Positions 25,901 to 38,100 of a DNA stretch of 64,000 bases are shown in pieces. The notes under the pieces are model-generated. The model ran no database searches and had not been told where the DNA came from. It saw only the letters and a program-made list of their open reading frames with translations. How positions within the stretch are numbered: the stretch's first letter is position 1; every line of letters starts with the position of its first letter. The position numbers were made by a program, and so were the translations under genes. The stretch lies in contig LSRY02000039.1 in assembly GCA_001643675.2 (NCBI GenBank), positions 620,001-684,000 of the forward strand, in the 5' to 3' direction. This DNA comes from Monocercomonoides exilis PA203 (taxonomy: Eukaryota > Protista > Preaxostyla).

Positions 25901-28890
25901 GGGCTGAGTGGAGAATGAGATGATAGCAGGTGTTGTGATGGAGGATGACATGGACTGAGAAATAGAAAAAGAAGTGACACAGGAGCTGAATAAAGAAGGG
26001 ATGGAGAACACGAAAGATGAAGTGAAAGATGCTGAAAGCAGCTTTGAAGGCAGAGTGCGGACGATTGAAGTTAGAGGATAAGAAAGCATGAGAGGGCACG
26101 CATTGACAAGAAGCACTCATGAAAACTTTAGAGAAGACAGAATCGAATGCTTCTTTCCTTTCTGTGGATGCTCAGTGCGCATCGGAACAACCTGAAAAGA
26201 TGGATTTGTCAGTTCGAGCTGAGTTTCTCCGATGGATGGGACATATGCCGTTCATTGAGGAGGAACTAAAATTATATTTTCTGAGGCAGACGGTAATATT
26301 TACTTGTCTTTGATAAAGACAGACGAAGCAAACAGAAGCGGGTCTGCAAATAATCGTGTTGACTGCAAATGTTTCATTGTCAATTGAATCTGAAGAGATG
26401 CCATTACCATTATCTCTATTGATCTTTTTATGCACTTCAAACTCGTTGCTGTAGGTTCACCTCTCTTCGCAAAACAACTCCGCCGTGCCATTTGCAGCGT
26501 CCCTTCCTTCCACAGTGCCCTTCCTTCTCCTCTCCACAAACTCATCTACTTTCTCATGCTCATCACCAGTTGTGTATCTTTCACTGCATCTTCTTCCCCC
26601 AAACTGAACAGCCTCGTGCAACACAGCAGATTCAGAAACTAGTTCGCATCATTCACCGATATTTCCATTGTTACACCTGCGTGAGATGATGGAATCGTAG
26701 AAGGCTTTAGAAGATGCTGAAATTTGAGTTGATTCAAAAAATGGGACAGCGCCTTTCCGAGTGAGTGGAGCAAAGTGGCGCCTTCTTTCTACCCAACCTG
26801 CTGCATCGACCACAAAACAGTGTTTCCAGCCCTGTCTTCAGTCTGCCTTTCCTCCCAAACAGAATGATAATCCCAAAGTCATCCACTCCTCCACCATTAC
26901 ATCCTCCTCCATTGGAATTAATATAAGCGTAACCTGTCTGGCTAGGTAAACTCGCCGAAGAAGAAGAAGAAGAAGAAGACGCATTTACAAACTCGTTCAC
27001 CGCAGCTATTCTGAGGTGTGTCTGCGTTGATCTGCCGAGTGCTGCTCTGATATCAGACAAGACAGGATGAATTCGTGACACTGAAACAGCAGCCAAACTG
27101 TGATTGCTGTGTCTTCTGTGCGGGTTCTGCATGGCTTCTCTGCATCCGTCTGAGCCAATTGCGTTCTCGTCTTCTTCTGTCTCTCTATTTTCCTTCGTGG
27201 GCTTGGCTGAAGGAAAGGTGAACTGCAGAGGAATCGGACTGAGCTCTCCGCTGCCGATGGTCGGAGTGGGTGAGAAAGAAACACGGGACTTCTTCTGATT
27301 GCTCTTTTGGGATGTTGATGAAAGCATCTATGGCTGTTTGTGGGGGAAGCGCAGGGCAGGGCGTGCGTATGAGTCTTCTTCTCTTTCTGTCGTCTTGTCT
27401 GTCTCATCGGCATTTGATGTGTCAGCAGATCGTGATATATCGAAATAATCTTCATCATCGCTAACGTAACTATCATCGCTATCGCCATTCTCGCTATCTT
27501 CTTCTGCTTCTTCTGAGTCTGCTGCACCTGCTCCGTTCATTCTCTCTCTCCTCTCTTCATTCCGCTTCAAATAATACACATTCTTCCATTTCCCTCTCGG
27601 CCACATCTTTCTTTTTGGTGTCTTTTCCCTTCTTTCCTCTTCCTGAACAAGATTAGTCGGTAGCAGAAGGTCAGCTGGCTTGATTGTCGGAATGATCCTT
27701 CCATGTGTCAGTTTCAGTGTGTTCTCCTTCAGCATCGTGATTGCCTCCTTCTTCTGTCTCTCTTTCATCTCAGCTGCTTTGAATGTTGTTTCGACTGAGC
27801 TGTTTTCTCTCATTTTTGCAGAGTTGAATGTGACTGTTGTGTCATATTCAAAAACAGATCTGAACTTTTTCTGTATCTGGCGGTTGGCTTGTATGCTTGT
27901 CAAAGATATTTTTGCACTGAGAATCCTGTATAACTTCAAATCTTCTTCTTTCCCCTCTTCTTTATCCTTATCATTCTCTTCTTTCTCCTCCTCCTCCTCA
28001 TCATCATCCACTTCCTCGTCATATTCATTTTTATCGGTGTTTCATTCACTTCTTCCACTTGTCCCACTCGTGTCAGACTCAGAAGAGTCAAATGTGATGC
28101 AGCCATCTGCCACACGTAGCAGCTCCAGCTCTCTCGAAAGCAGCTCACTCAGCACATCATATAAATTCAACGTCGGACTTGTCTTTGATCTGAATGCTTT
28201 TCCTTTCGCTTTTCCTTTCCCTTTCACGCTCGCTTATCCTCTCCGCTTTTCACCTTTTTGCCTGCAAAACTCCAATTCATCTGATAAAAGCTCTTTAAAC
28301 ACAGAAATAATTCTTTTCTTATCTTTTTCCTTTCTCCTTTCTCCTTTTTTTCTCCTCTTCTTTCACTTTCTCTTTGTTTCCAAGCTTCCTCTAACTCTCC
28401 AATGTTACAACAGTTGACTTCAAACGCCTCGCATTCTGTGCAGTCACATTTGCACTTGCTCCTCCTTCGCTCTTCTTCCCCTGCTGACTCAGCCCCATCG
28501 CCGTCATCATCTTCTTCCTCCACATCTTCGGTGGTCTTCCTCTTGGTATAGCCAGCGGCACTTGTTCCATCACAACACGTAATAGCTTCTTCTTCCTATT
28601 ACTATTATTATTGTTGTTGTTGATGTTATTTCCACTTCCTCCCTTCTTGTTTGTCAGCCCCAGCACTTCTGATTTGAACTCTGGTGAAGCAATTCTTGAG
28701 CCCGTGTGTGTCTTCACACGAACTATCCGCTTGAAGGCAGCAAGCGCTTTTCATCTGTTGCTTCTTTTGAGTGTTCTTCCAAGTGCGGTTGTTGAAACAC
28801 TCAGCAGTGAAACAAATAAAGAAGAGAATGAAGAATTCTTTGTTTGAATTCCTGAAATGGGGAAAGAGGAAGATGGAAATCCAGCATTTA
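23000..28890 (-). pseudogene. Large low-complexity protein gene with AT-hook-like motif, disrupted (left cargo)
   Basis: Chain of frameshifted minus-strand ORFs (28391-28717, 28224-28523, 27328-28011, 26734-27327 and others); PRGRPPK at 28526-28546; Cys cluster CKCDCTEC; boundaries approximate. Confidence 0.5.
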
Positions 28891-29158
28891 ATGAAACAGA
28901 AACAGAAGAAGATAAAAGACTTGAAAATAAAATTTCAAAATAAAAATAAATAAAATACCTTGAAGGACAAACATAGAAAAATTTGCTTTCACTCCATTGG
29001 AAACGGGAAACAGCAAAATTCTACTCAGGATTCAGTTGGATAATAGTGAAAGAATTTCGAATAGGAAAAGAGAAAAAGCATTCGAAATATTAAATGGAGT
29101 CTTTCATAAGTTGCAAAAAATAAACAAAAATAGAGTATCAAACACAAAATTTCAAACC

Positions 29159-29233
29159 TTTTTCTTCGTCGAAATCCCATTTCAAATTTCAATATTTTTA
29201 TTGATCTGCAATTTGCAGAAATGCTTTTTTGAT
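29159..29233. repeat. Internal inverted repeat, left copy (partner 34747-34823)
   Basis: ~75-bp imperfect IR with a perfect 23-bp core TTGATCTGCAATTTGCAGAAATG (29201-29223 vs 34760-34782). Confidence 0.75.
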
Positions 29234-30121
29234 ATATCAAGATAATATTTATATGTTGTTGAAGTATTTAATGAGGTTAATAACGATTTCTTCAAATTTC
29301 CACGTTATAAAAAGTTTTCATGATCATTGAGATCTTTTTTAAAGCAAAAAAATTTTTTTGTTGATCTGTTGAGAAAAATTCATGATGAATTTTTTTGAGT
29401 TTGTTGGTTTTCTTTATATGACATTGCAATGTGGAAGAAATAAAAATGATTACAAGGAGAAAAATGCTTGTATATTTGAATTTGAGTATTTTTTCGAAAT
29501 GGAAAAAAGATCAATGAAATGAAAAAAATACGTTAAAAAATAACAGTCGAACACCAATCAATATGACATAAAAAAACAAAAAGTTCTTCATGATATTAAT
29601 CATTATAAAAATTGAAAACAGTCAGAAATTTTCTAATCAGATTCAATAACTTTCAATAAAACATAATTCTATCACATAATCATAAAAACTATCTCCAAAT
29701 GTCAACAAAACGTCAACAATTTTGAACAATAAAAGATAAATAAAAAATCTATACTATTTCAGCAAATTTGTGGTATCAAAGACAATTCCAAACAAAAAGG
29801 AATACTTGTATAAAAAGTTCAAAAACTAACTTGTCTATTTTCCCTCTGTTTTCCATCCACTCAACCCTTTCTGATATTTCTCTTGTCCAAACTCAAAAAG
29901 AACAAATCCAACAAAGAAAAAAGACAGACACAATGACAAAACATCACTTCACACTCTCAACAACTCTCCCTTCCAAAAATCTCACCCAAAGATCAATGAA
30001 TTCCCTCACAACTCTCTTTATTAATGAATCTCGATATATACATAAAAATTCGGGACTATTACCAAGTGAAAATAGGAACATTAAAGGGACAAAAACCACA
30101 AGAAAACAATCGGATTCTAAC

Positions 30122-30249
30122 TGTTGTGCACCTGGGAGGCTGTTCGTCGTATCCAGGTCCGGATAAAGCAGCCCGAAGGCTGCAATATCTAATACGAACA
30201 GTCATGTCCAGCACCCTTCCGATAGAGTACCAGCTAAGCATGCACAACA
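30122..30249 (-). ncRNA. Candidate structured RNA directly downstream of the transposase stop codon
   Basis: ~52% GC island; 9-bp closing stem 30122-30130/30241-30249; 8-bp stem 30140-30147/30194-30201; GCAGCC-UUCG-GGCUGC hairpin (30168-30183); two more hairpins that need G-U pairs on the minus strand. Confidence 0.55.
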
Positions 30250-30258
30250 ACTAGTTTC

Positions 30259-31624
30259 TTAATTAGGGACACCAAAAGAACAATTTTGAGATTCACAAAT
30301 AGAAGAAGAGTCAAGAAGAAGCTCCAATCTCCTTGAAAGAAGATTTTGAGAAGATTGAGAAAGAAGAGAAGAGTTTGATGATGCATTACCAGAGTGAAAT
30401 GACTTTCTTGTCCGTTGCATTTTCTCTTTCATTGTTGAAGATTCGAGGGCAACCAGAGAGCGTTGAGGAAGATATCCAACAGCCGAAGCACAGACAAATG
30501 AGCCCTTGCGCTCAAAATACAAGTAGTCCTTCATGTGTGGAACAGACAATGATGGCCACGAGATTTGTTGAGATGGTGCATATTCTTCAAAGTTCCTCTC
30601 ATGCACAGAGTCATTGACAGATGTTGAAGATGATGAAGAGTTTGATGATGATGTTGAGATGTTGTTCAATTGTGAAGTTGAAGAAGCTGATGTCGAAATG
30701 TTCATATTGTTTTCGAAGAAGTTGATCAAGTCATGAAGTGTGGTGATGTGTTCAGTTGATGGGTTGTTGTTTGTTGCATTCACTAACGCACCAAATTCAC
30801 TATCACAAATATTCTTTCCGTGGTGCTCAGCGAAGAAGTTGAGTTGAGTGTTTTTCTTTTTCAAAAGTTTTGATTGTTTGGAGAGGATGAAGTGAAGAAG
30901 GAAGCGATTTCTGTTGTATGGACCAGAATCGCAGAAGAACTTAAAAGTGTGAGTGTCTGAGAAGAAGTGTCTTTTGATCACAGATTCCAGACACTCAATA
31001 ACAAATCTGTGATCATTTGAAAGGCAGTCGGAGAAGAAGTTGAATGTTCTTTTTATTTGTTGATTATTTCTTTTTTGAAGAGAGATGATTGTGAACTGAG
31101 AAACCTGTTGATAATTGAAGAATTCTTGTTGAAGTTGATTTTTTCTGATAGGGAGTTTCCATTTCTCTTTGAAGTCGAAAACGAAGACTGCTTCTCCTTC
31201 TTTCAGATTGTCGACAGTTGATTGATAATGTTTTCGTTGCATTTCTGCAACAAGACGATGTTGACGAAGAAGTTTGAGTGCATGAAACTCAGCAGAAGAA
31301 AGTCCATTTTTGTTTTGTGAAGATTTGAGTTTATTCTCCAGATAGTCCAACTTCTCGCACATTCCGCAGAGATCCGTTCGTCTTTTCGCCTTGGAGAAGT
31401 TTGTTGTCAGCTTGTAGAAATGGGAAAGAGATACTTTGATATTCGTTTCTTCTGAAAACTCTTTCCATAATTTAGTCTTGGGCTTGAAGATTAATCTCTT
31501 TTCATTGGGAGAAAAGATGCCCGTTTTCTTTCTTTTTTCCTTTAATGCTTCCAATCCGTAGCTTGATGTTATTGATGAAGAGAGTGGAGGAATGGAAGTT
31601 GGTCGATGAGGTGGTGTGATGAAC

Positions 31625-31669
<45 letters not shown>

Positions 31670-34056
31670 ATGATGTTTGAAGTGTTAATGCTTGATGGTT
31701 CAGAAGATAAAGAAAAAGAGGAACCACCAAATTGAATTGTTGAAATCGTTGGTTTTGTTTTTTCTTTGGTATAGAATGAGAGTGATGGAGTGTAACCTTG
31801 TTCGTAAAGATCCTTCCATGCCTTTGTCCAATTTTCGATGTTCAGTTCTGTCACATCAGCATCGTTGCAAATATTCCATGAGACATCGTTTCCTCTATTT
31901 CTTTTGATGACAGCGATATAATGGCCATTTCTTTGATCCAACTGTTTATGAAGAATTTGCCCAACAAAATGATAAAAATACTCTTCTTTATTGTTCTCCA
32001 GGAGATGTTGAAAATTATCATTTGAAAACCCTTTGCAAAACGAACGCTGATTCACTCTATCGGTTTCCATGACGAAGGTTTTTGAAGGTGCAGAGCAAGC
32101 AGTTTCAGTGCATTCGTGACAGATGGCAAGAACCTCTGGAAATGCAACCATTTCCTCCCATCGAGCAGCACAGCATTTCTCTTTGCATTCATCACAATTA
32201 ACATTGTTTTTTCCATCCAAAATTTCTGTTGCAAAAAGTGAAGATAAACCTTTGTGATGTGATGATGTATTGATGATAACACTGCAACAGGATTCATTAA
32301 AATGATTAGAGACTTTTTGACATTTTTGACATTTGAAATGAGTAATGAGCACTGGATTGAAGGTATCCTTTTCAAATATCTTATTATCTTGAAGAAGTTG
32401 ATGAAGATTTTCAAATGCTTCTGTCACATTCTGTTGCTGCCTGCTTCTGTATCCGCAAAATGTTTCCCATTTGTTGATCAGTGATGGAACCCACGAACGC
32501 ACTGATGAACCATCTTTGGCAAGTTGCTGACAAACACTCAAAACACGAGAAGACATTGTTTTTATTGCTGTTTGCTTTTTAAATAAGAATGGTTTTTGTG
32601 AGGTTATCGAAGAGAAGCATTGAAGAAGAGATGAAAGATAGCATGTGTTTCCTAAATTTATTAATCCTTTTATTGATGTTGATGAAGAAGAATCTGATGA
32701 TATAATTTTTGAAGAGGTAGATGAAGAAGGAGAAGAATTTGAATGAGGAAAATCTGTTTGATTGTTATTCATCGTGATCTGTGCAGTATTTTCATGATGC
32801 GAAATAACATTCTCATCGGCAGGTGTGTTATGTTGAGACGAATAAGTGTTGTTCTCTTTTGAAAATGATGAAAGAAGATTTTGAAATGCTTGTGGTGGAA
32901 TTAGAGTCGGTGAAGTGGCATATTCAATTAATTGATCACTCACCCACACATCATCGTTGAAAAAGGCAGTTGAAGATTCTTCAATAGAAAAAGAATTTAT
33001 ATTTTCTTTTTGTTTCTTTTTGAAAGATGAAGAGGATGAGGATGAAGAGGAGGATGAGGAGGATGAGGATGATGAGGAGGAAGATGAAGATTTCGAAAGT
33101 TTTGCTTTGAATAATTTGTGAATTGGAATTGGTGAAGGAGACGAACAACGTCTATGTTGTGATTTATTTGTTTTTCTTTTTGTTGAACCCCTTTCTCTCC
33201 TAATTGGAGCACTGATTGGAGCATCAACAGCTTGAGATGGAGAAGAATTTGTTGAAGAAGAATTTTTTTCTGTAACGACATTTGATTTTTTGTTTTGCAG
33301 AGATGATATTGAAGGAAAAGAAGATTGTTTTTTTCTTTGAGATGAATTTTCTGTGATGATTTCTTCATCCCACGCTGCTTCGTCAATAAATCTCGCACAG
33401 TCAGGCTCAGCTCGCTGCTTTTTCTTTGCTGACTGAAGCGAAGTTGAGGCTTCAGTTGAATGGGCTAACATCCAGTTGTTGCCCTTTTCCCAGTCCTGTT
33501 CATTTAAGCCTAAAATAAACAGAGAAAATCACAAAAAAAATATTAAATAAATACAAACCACTTTTGCAAGACGGAAGATGAGGTTTTTGAGGCTGAATGA
33601 TAAATCCTTGGTTCTTTTTGAGCGTTTGCTTCGCGTAAATTAATTTTCCTTCTGTCACATCATATCCATAGTTTTGAAAATCGGATAATAATGTGTTTCG
33701 AGACAACGCCTGCAGCAATGTTGTCTGAGTGTGCAATGGAGCGTTATTGTACACCACAGACAGGTCTTCCAGCAGCTTTATGTGATATTCTGTTTTAAAT
33801 TAATAAATAATAAACAAATAATAAAGAAAGAAAAATTAACAGAGAGTTGAAATGACATGTTTCACTCAATCCATAAAATAAAAGCCAAACCATTCAAAGA
33901 CTTCAGTAAATCATTAATTACTGAAGATGATTGCCTATAGTTGAAAAAGAGATAGATATGCAATGAATCAACGTCATCTCCACCAATTCGTTTTATTTCG
34001 TTCCATAAAACTTTGCATCGAGAATTAAGAGTTGATTGAGGTTTTGAAAAAGACAT
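30259..34056 (-). CDS. Sola2-like DDD transposase with inserted USP/peptidase C19 deubiquitinase domain; join(30259..33509,33559..33789,33891..34056), 1215 aa
   Basis: Two GT-AG phase-1 introns join in frame. USP Cys box GLINLGNTCYLSSLLQC, QQQNVTEAF, CxxC pairs, His box ILH..GHYIAVIK..WNICND. Transposase motifs TDLCGMC, VFDFKE, FCDSG, FFAEHHGKNICDSEFG. Confidence 0.88.
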
Positions 34057-34746
34057 TTTTATTGAAAAAATTTTTTAATTATGGTTTGATGATATTAGAG
34101 ATTTATATGCTGTTGTTTGAATTTATAATACTTTTTTATTAATTTTTTTAAATTTTTTTTAAGATTTGTGTTCATTCTAAGAAAAATTGGCAAATAAAAA
34201 AATACAAAGAGCTTCCAAAAATGAATTAATAATATTCAAAATTATCCTTCTGAAAATTTCCGAAAGTTCAAAACTAACATGATTTTTATCTCCTTTTCCA
34301 CATCATCAGGAAAAAACATCAACATTAAACAATAAAATAATAATTCTTTTAAAAAAATGATTAAAAATATTCAATAACAAGAAATTAGCATCTCTATCAC
34401 AACTAAAATATTGTTTAAATTCATTATTCATTTGTTAATAAAAAATTTCACAGCAAAAGAATAAATGGAAATATTTTGAACAGTTATATTTAAAAATATT
34501 GAAAAATTTTTTTCCAAAAAGTTCTTTTTTCAATGTTGACAAATAAAAAACAAATAAAATTTATTTCATCGATTGAAAATTTAAAATTAAAAATTTTTTA
34601 TTTAATTAATGTTTCATAAAATATTCTTTCTGAAAATTGCTCAAGTTGATCTTTTCGATCAATAAAAGATTGTAATTATTTGGCAATTTGCAGAAATCGT
34701 TTTTGCATATATGGATCTCTTCTTTATATCATTTGTACCATTTACA

Positions 34747-34823
34747 ATCAAAAAATTATCATTTCTGCAAATTGCAGATCAACAAAAAATACGAAATTTG
34801 AAATGGGTTTATAACAAGAAAAA
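34747..34823. repeat. Internal inverted repeat, right copy (partner 29159-29233)
   Basis: See left copy; a third partial copy GCAATTTGCAGAAAT at 34683-34697 forms a local inverted repeat with this one. Confidence 0.75.
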
Positions 34824-35109
34824 TAAAATTTGATTATCTTTTGAAAACCTTCGTTTATTGAGGAAACTGCATAATATATAATTCATATCGTAATTTACTA
34901 CTTCTTCTGTTATATACTTCAAAAGATACGCCCAATTCACTTCTCTTCCATTTGACATAAATAATGCTGGTTTCTACTTCACTGCTTCTCGTTAGAAGCA
35001 ACAGAATATAAATTTTTCTCAATTTATTCGAAAATAAGCATATTTTGTCTTTTTCTTCATCTATTACACCTCCTTCCTACTCTCCCTCCCAAGATATTCA
35101 CGTTCAATC

Positions 35110-38100
35110 ATCTTTGATCATGTTGGCTGTGGGAAGTCAGCGCTTCCAGCGTCCATTCTGGGAGAGACTATCAGTTTGGAAGGGAAAGGTTGTTTGAGGG
35201 GGAAAGTGGCATATGTGTCTCAGGTGTGTAAGTTAGAAAGAATATAAGAAAATAAGTTATTATTTATTATTATTATTATTTTAATAACTTTATCTCTTAT
35301 AAACATTATATTCATCATTTGTTTCACTGAATTTATATTCTTCTTCTTCTGACATGCATCATATATCTATTCCTCTGTCATATCCGTTCAGATTCCCCAC
35401 ATTTTCAACGACATTATCAAATCCACATCCTCTTCCACACTCCCTTTGACCCCGTCCGCTACGCTCGTGTCATTCAAGCATGTTGTCTGGAACTAAACTT
35501 GGACATTCTTCCTGGCAGAGACGAAGCAGAAGTGGGCAAAAGAGGATACAACCTGTCGGGCGGGCAGCGAATGAGGATAGCTCTGGCGAGGGCAGTCTAT
35601 TCATCGGCTGAGGTGTTTCTGTTGGATGACATTTTGGCGAGTATCGATGCTCATGTGGGACAAGCGCTGGTCATCAAATGCATCAGCCAGCTGCTGAAAG
35701 GGAAGACCGTCTTGTTAGCGACACATCACACGAAATATCTGCCTCACTTTGACACGGCCATCGCGATGGAAGAGGACGGGAGGATCAGAAAGATAGGCAG
35801 GGCGGAGGAGTTTAAGGGGATTGTGAAGGAGATGGTGGTGATTGTGAAGGAAAAGAAGGAAGGAAGGAAGGAAAGGAAGAGGAGAAGGAGAAGAAGAGGA
35901 GAAGTGAGGAGAAAGAGAAAGAGAAACATTGGGAGATAATTTTGAAAACAATTGTGAGAAGATTAAAGATGCAAATGACATTCCTTCTCCATCATCATCA
36001 TCATCTTCTTCTTCTCCATTCAACTTGACTCACTCAAACACTTCACCTTCTCCACCCATTTCACCCATTTCACATTCACCTTCACATTTATCTTCTTCTT
36101 CTTCTTCTTCAATCATTCAAACTCCGATTTCACTTTCTCCTTCTCCATCCTCTTCTTCCTCATCCTCATTCTCTTCCTCTTCCTCTTCCTCCTCTCCTTC
36201 TCCTTCTCCTTCTCCCTCTGAACTGGGGCATCTGAAGGAGTTCATTGACATGGAGGCTGATTCTGTATCTCTCTCCTCTGTTTTGTGGTATTTCAAGCAT
36301 GCATCGTTTTTCCTGCTATTCTTTGCGCTGCTGACGATTGCACTGAGCAACGTTGCTCAGAATGGGAAGAGCGCTGTGCTCAACACGTGGACTGCGAAGG
36401 ATGCACAGATGGAGCAGATGAACAGGATACTCAATGGACTTGGAGGAGAAAAGAGAGGGGAGGATGAGAAGAAAAGAAAAATGAATTTTGAACAAAACAT
36501 TGAATGATTCAGTTATGTCATCACCACCACCATCATCTCAAGAAAACAATCACAAAAATAGTGACAATTCAAAAACAAGAACATCAAAAAATTCACTTCA
36601 GAAAAACTCCTTCAAGCACAAAAAGCAGAAGAAGCAGAAGAAGAAAATGTTTCTGTTCTCCTTTCTGAGCCGTTTCAATCTTTCGTCAAGTTTCTTATTC
36701 TTTATCCACATCATCATGAAATTATTCTTGTCGCTCGGCGAGATTCTTGTGAATTTGATCACCACCCGCTTCCGGATGCAGTCTGCCCATGCCATCAAGA
36801 CAGAAGTGTTCTCAAAGCTTTTCCACGCAAAGATGAGCTTCTTCGACACCACACACACCAGCATGTTGTACAGAAAACTGAATGGTGTGAACCCCATCAG
36901 CAACAGCGCACTCCATTCCTTCACTGTCACTGCCTCCTCCCTCGTGAAGCTGCCCTTGGCACTGGTGGAGATACATTCATCGATTCCAACGCTACTGCTG
37001 CCTGTTGACCTGGCAACGAGTTCGATGGCACTGATCAGCCATTCAACGTCCCTAGCAAAGCATCACATTTACCGGTCGTTGGTTGCTGTCCGAAGCGACT
37101 CAGTGCTCTTTTTCAAGCAGGTGGCAAAGCAGCTGCAACGTTTGGTGAACAGCAAGATGAATACGCGGGCACATTACAAGAAGCCGCTGTTGATTCACAC
37201 ATGCAAAACAATGTCATTGCAGTTGTGTGGCCAGCTGTTTCCGGAAATACACAGAAACGAAAAGAGGGATGAGAAGCTGTTTAAAAGAACGTGTGAGATC
37301 GAACAGGAGGTGTCGTCTATGGCTCCGTTTGGCTCGATTCGATTGCAGACAGCAGAATGAGAGACAAGAATAGGAGTGATTTAAGAGAGGGAAATGGGGC
37401 TGATAAAGCGATTGCTGCAACTTCTTCTTCTTCTTCTTCTTCTTCTATTTCTTCTTCTTCTCCTTCTCTTTCTTCTTCCATTTCTTCTTATTCTTCTTCT
37501 TCTTCTATTTCTTCTTCCTCTCCTTCTTCTCTTTCTTCTTCTTCTTCATCTTCTTCTTTTTCTTCTTCTTCAGCTTCTACTTTTTCCTCGTAGCGTCGAT
37601 TTTTTTGAAACAAATTCATGACATAAGAAGACCAGCAGATAAAAAGGATGAAGCAACAGCTAAAATGAAGAAGGAAAAGACAATATTTCATTCTCCCACC
37701 AGATGTGTTTGAGGCGCTGCCGCTGTTTGCAGAGTTTCGGATGGTGGAGCGGTATGCGAAGAATCTGGAGAAAAGGAAGAGAGAAAGAGAGAGAGCGAAA
37801 GAGAGAATGAATGAATGAGAGAAGAGAAGAAAGAAGGATAAGAGAACTGATTAAGATGAGGAAGGTATTGAAGCCTGAAAATGATAGAGATTACAATGAT
37901 GATGAAAAAGAAAATAATGTCAAAGCAGAAGAAAACGAGAGTTTATCATTGATTAGAAAAGATTCTTTAAAGGAACCGAAGAAAAATGAAGATAGTGAAT
38001 GCCTTTCCGACAGCTTCATCATCAGTGATGAAGTAGAGCGAAGAGAGAAGAGGCACAAACAGAGAGAGAAACAGAGGTTGATGCGAAGGTATTACCAGGC

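Noticed and set aside
30153-30180. Plus-strand CAGGTCCGGATAAAGCAGCC resembles SRP RNA helix 8 and part of a twister ribozyme
   Set aside because: The stem closing the GNRA loop cannot form, twister core segments are missing, and the structure favours the minus strand
30259-31500. Fanzor/TnpB interpretation of the protein next to the structured RNA
   Set aside because: Motifs are D..D..HGKxxxD of Sola-type transposases; no RuvC motifs or C-terminal zinc finger arrangement
29159-34823. Internal IRs as the true ends of the Sola2-like element
   Set aside because: No TSD or GRG terminus there, whereas 22424/40809 have TIRs, a TSD and a split host gene; a nested origin is not fully excluded
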